Source: Elusimicrobiota bacterium
Lineage (GTDB): Bacteria > Elusimicrobiota > Endomicrobiia > CG1-02-37-114 > JAHJSO01
Length of the DNA stretch: 26,971 nucleotides
Direction of reading: 5' to 3'
Assembly: GCA_043826435.1 (NCBI GenBank)
Contig: JBDRQF010000027.1
Location: 1-26,971 of the forward strand
The translations under genes and the position numbers were made by a program. Positions 26,022 through 26,971 of the stretch are shown here, in pieces. The notes beneath the pieces are model-generated. The model worked only from the letters and a program-made list of their open reading frames with translations, was not told the DNA's origin and made no database searches. Position 1 is the first letter of the stretch; each line of letters opens with the position of its first letter.

Positions 26022-26713
26022 TAAAACTCCTCATAGCGGACGACCACGGTATTCTCAGACAGGGACTGACAGGGCTTATGTCGCCGGAAAAAGACATCAG
26101 GGTCGTAGGTGAAGCGACGGACGGCATTTCCGCAGTACGTCTTGCGGGGAAACTTAAACCCGACGTAATCCTGATGGACATAAAACTTCCCAAGTTGTCC
26201 GGGATTGAGGCGACAAGGAAAATACTGGGGAACGACGGGGGCAAGGGAATCAAGGGGAGTAATGGGAGAAAGGGGAGTAATGCCGCCAGGTCGAAACGCA
26301 AGCCGGGGATACTGATCCTTTCAATGTATGACGACGAGGAGCACGTAATGGACGCCATGCGGGCAGGGGCGACGGGCTATATCGTAAAGTCAAGCCCGAT
26401 ATCGGAAATCATAAAAGCGATAAGGAGCGTCAGCAGGGGAGAAATCTCAATCCAGGGTTCCCTTACCCGCACCTTCATCAAGACCTTAAGAGACCTGCCC
26501 TACGAACCTTCACGCAACCTCACCGGCCGCGAGATACAGATTCTGAAGTACGTATCAATGGGCTACTCAAACAAAAAGATTGCAGGCACGGTCTATTCAG
26601 CCGAAAAGACGGTGAAAAACCAGTTGAACGCGGCCTTCCGGAAGTTAAACGTTGAAAACAGGGCAGCGGCCGTCCGGGAAGCAATCAAACGAAACATCAT
26701 CAGTTCGGAGTGA
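26018..26713 (+). CDS. NarL/LuxR-family response regulator
   Basis: IADDH, ILMDI, LSMYD, GYIVK; HTH LTGREIQIL...GYSNKKIA...AEKTVKN; ATGA overlap with bioY. Confidence 0.94.
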   Translation: MIKLLIADDHGILRQGLTGLMSPEKDIRVVGEATDGISAVRLAGKLKPDVILMDIKLPKLSGIEATRKILGNDGGKGIKGSNGRKGSNAARSKRKPGILILSMYDDEEHVMDAMRAGATGYIVKSSPISEIIKAIRSVSRGEISIQGSLTRTFIKTLRDLPYEPSRNLTGREIQILKYVSMGYSNKKIAGTVYSAEKTVKNQLNAAFRKLNVENRAAAVREAIKRNIISSE

Positions 26714-26827
26714 GATCCACGAACGTTTCATCCCGGCCAAAACAATCCACACCTTTTTGCTTTACCTTATCTGACTAAATTCCACAAAAGTTAGACGACA
26801 GTGAGGGATTTTTTAATGAAGGACAGT

Positions 26828-26847
26828 GCAGGGCCGAAAGTCCCTGA
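26828..26847. promoter_or_regulatory. DosR-box-like palindrome (candidate NarL-family operator)
   Basis: GCAGGGCCGAAAGTCCCTGA contains CAGGGcC-GAAA-GTCCCTG, 21 nt upstream of a -35 element. Confidence 0.55.
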
Positions 26848-26868
26848 AAAATCTGCCCGTTCGCCCTA

Positions 26869-26898
26869 TTGACCAACCCCGCCATACTTTATTATAAT
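26869..26898 (+). promoter_or_regulatory. Probable sigma70 promoter for the next gene
   Basis: TTGACC (26869-26874), 18-nt spacer, TATAAT (26893-26898). Confidence 0.65.
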
Positions 26899-26956
26899 CA
26901 TTTCAGAAGAAAAAATATCGGCGAGACATTGCATTCATAAGTGAGCGGGGGACGTC

Positions 26957-26971
26957 ATGTATAACAAAATA
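26957..26971 (+). CDS. Start of a gene truncated by the window end (MYNKI...)
   Basis: G-rich RBS GGGGGA at 26947-26952 before ATG 26957; only 5 codons are visible. Confidence 0.5.

Overview
Bacterial chromosomal window with all genes on the + strand, in three blocks. (1) Bases 1-1133 hold the 3' end of a secreted protein ending in a T9SS-CTD/FlgD-Ig-like sorting domain, followed directly by a PorV/PorQ (UPF0164)-like outer-membrane protein. (2) Bases 1320-19983 form a tightly packed biosynthetic run of about 18.7 kb: thiC-thrB-lysC-cimA-ilvD-ilvB-ilvN-ilvC-psd-pssA-leuA-leuC-(small hypothetical)-leuD-leuB-asd-ydjC/chbG-like-OmpR-type regulator. (3) Bases 20185-26713 form an envelope/signalling cluster: a PorV-like barrel fused to TPRs, a HAMP histidine kinase, a TPR-TM-HEAT protein, a membrane-anchored HIRAN protein, a single-domain receiver, BioY and a NarL/DosR-like regulator; another gene starts at 26957. 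The gene content suggests a diderm such as Elusimicrobiota or a similar lineage (inference only). The strongest candidate for an undescribed system is block 3, a possible trans-envelope signalling module. It carries an 11-bp-periodic TT(A/T)ACC array ahead of the barrel-TPR gene and a DosR-like palindrome ahead of the last, truncated gene. No rRNA, tRNA, CRISPR array or mobile element was seen. All family calls come from motif recognition by eye; no database search was run.
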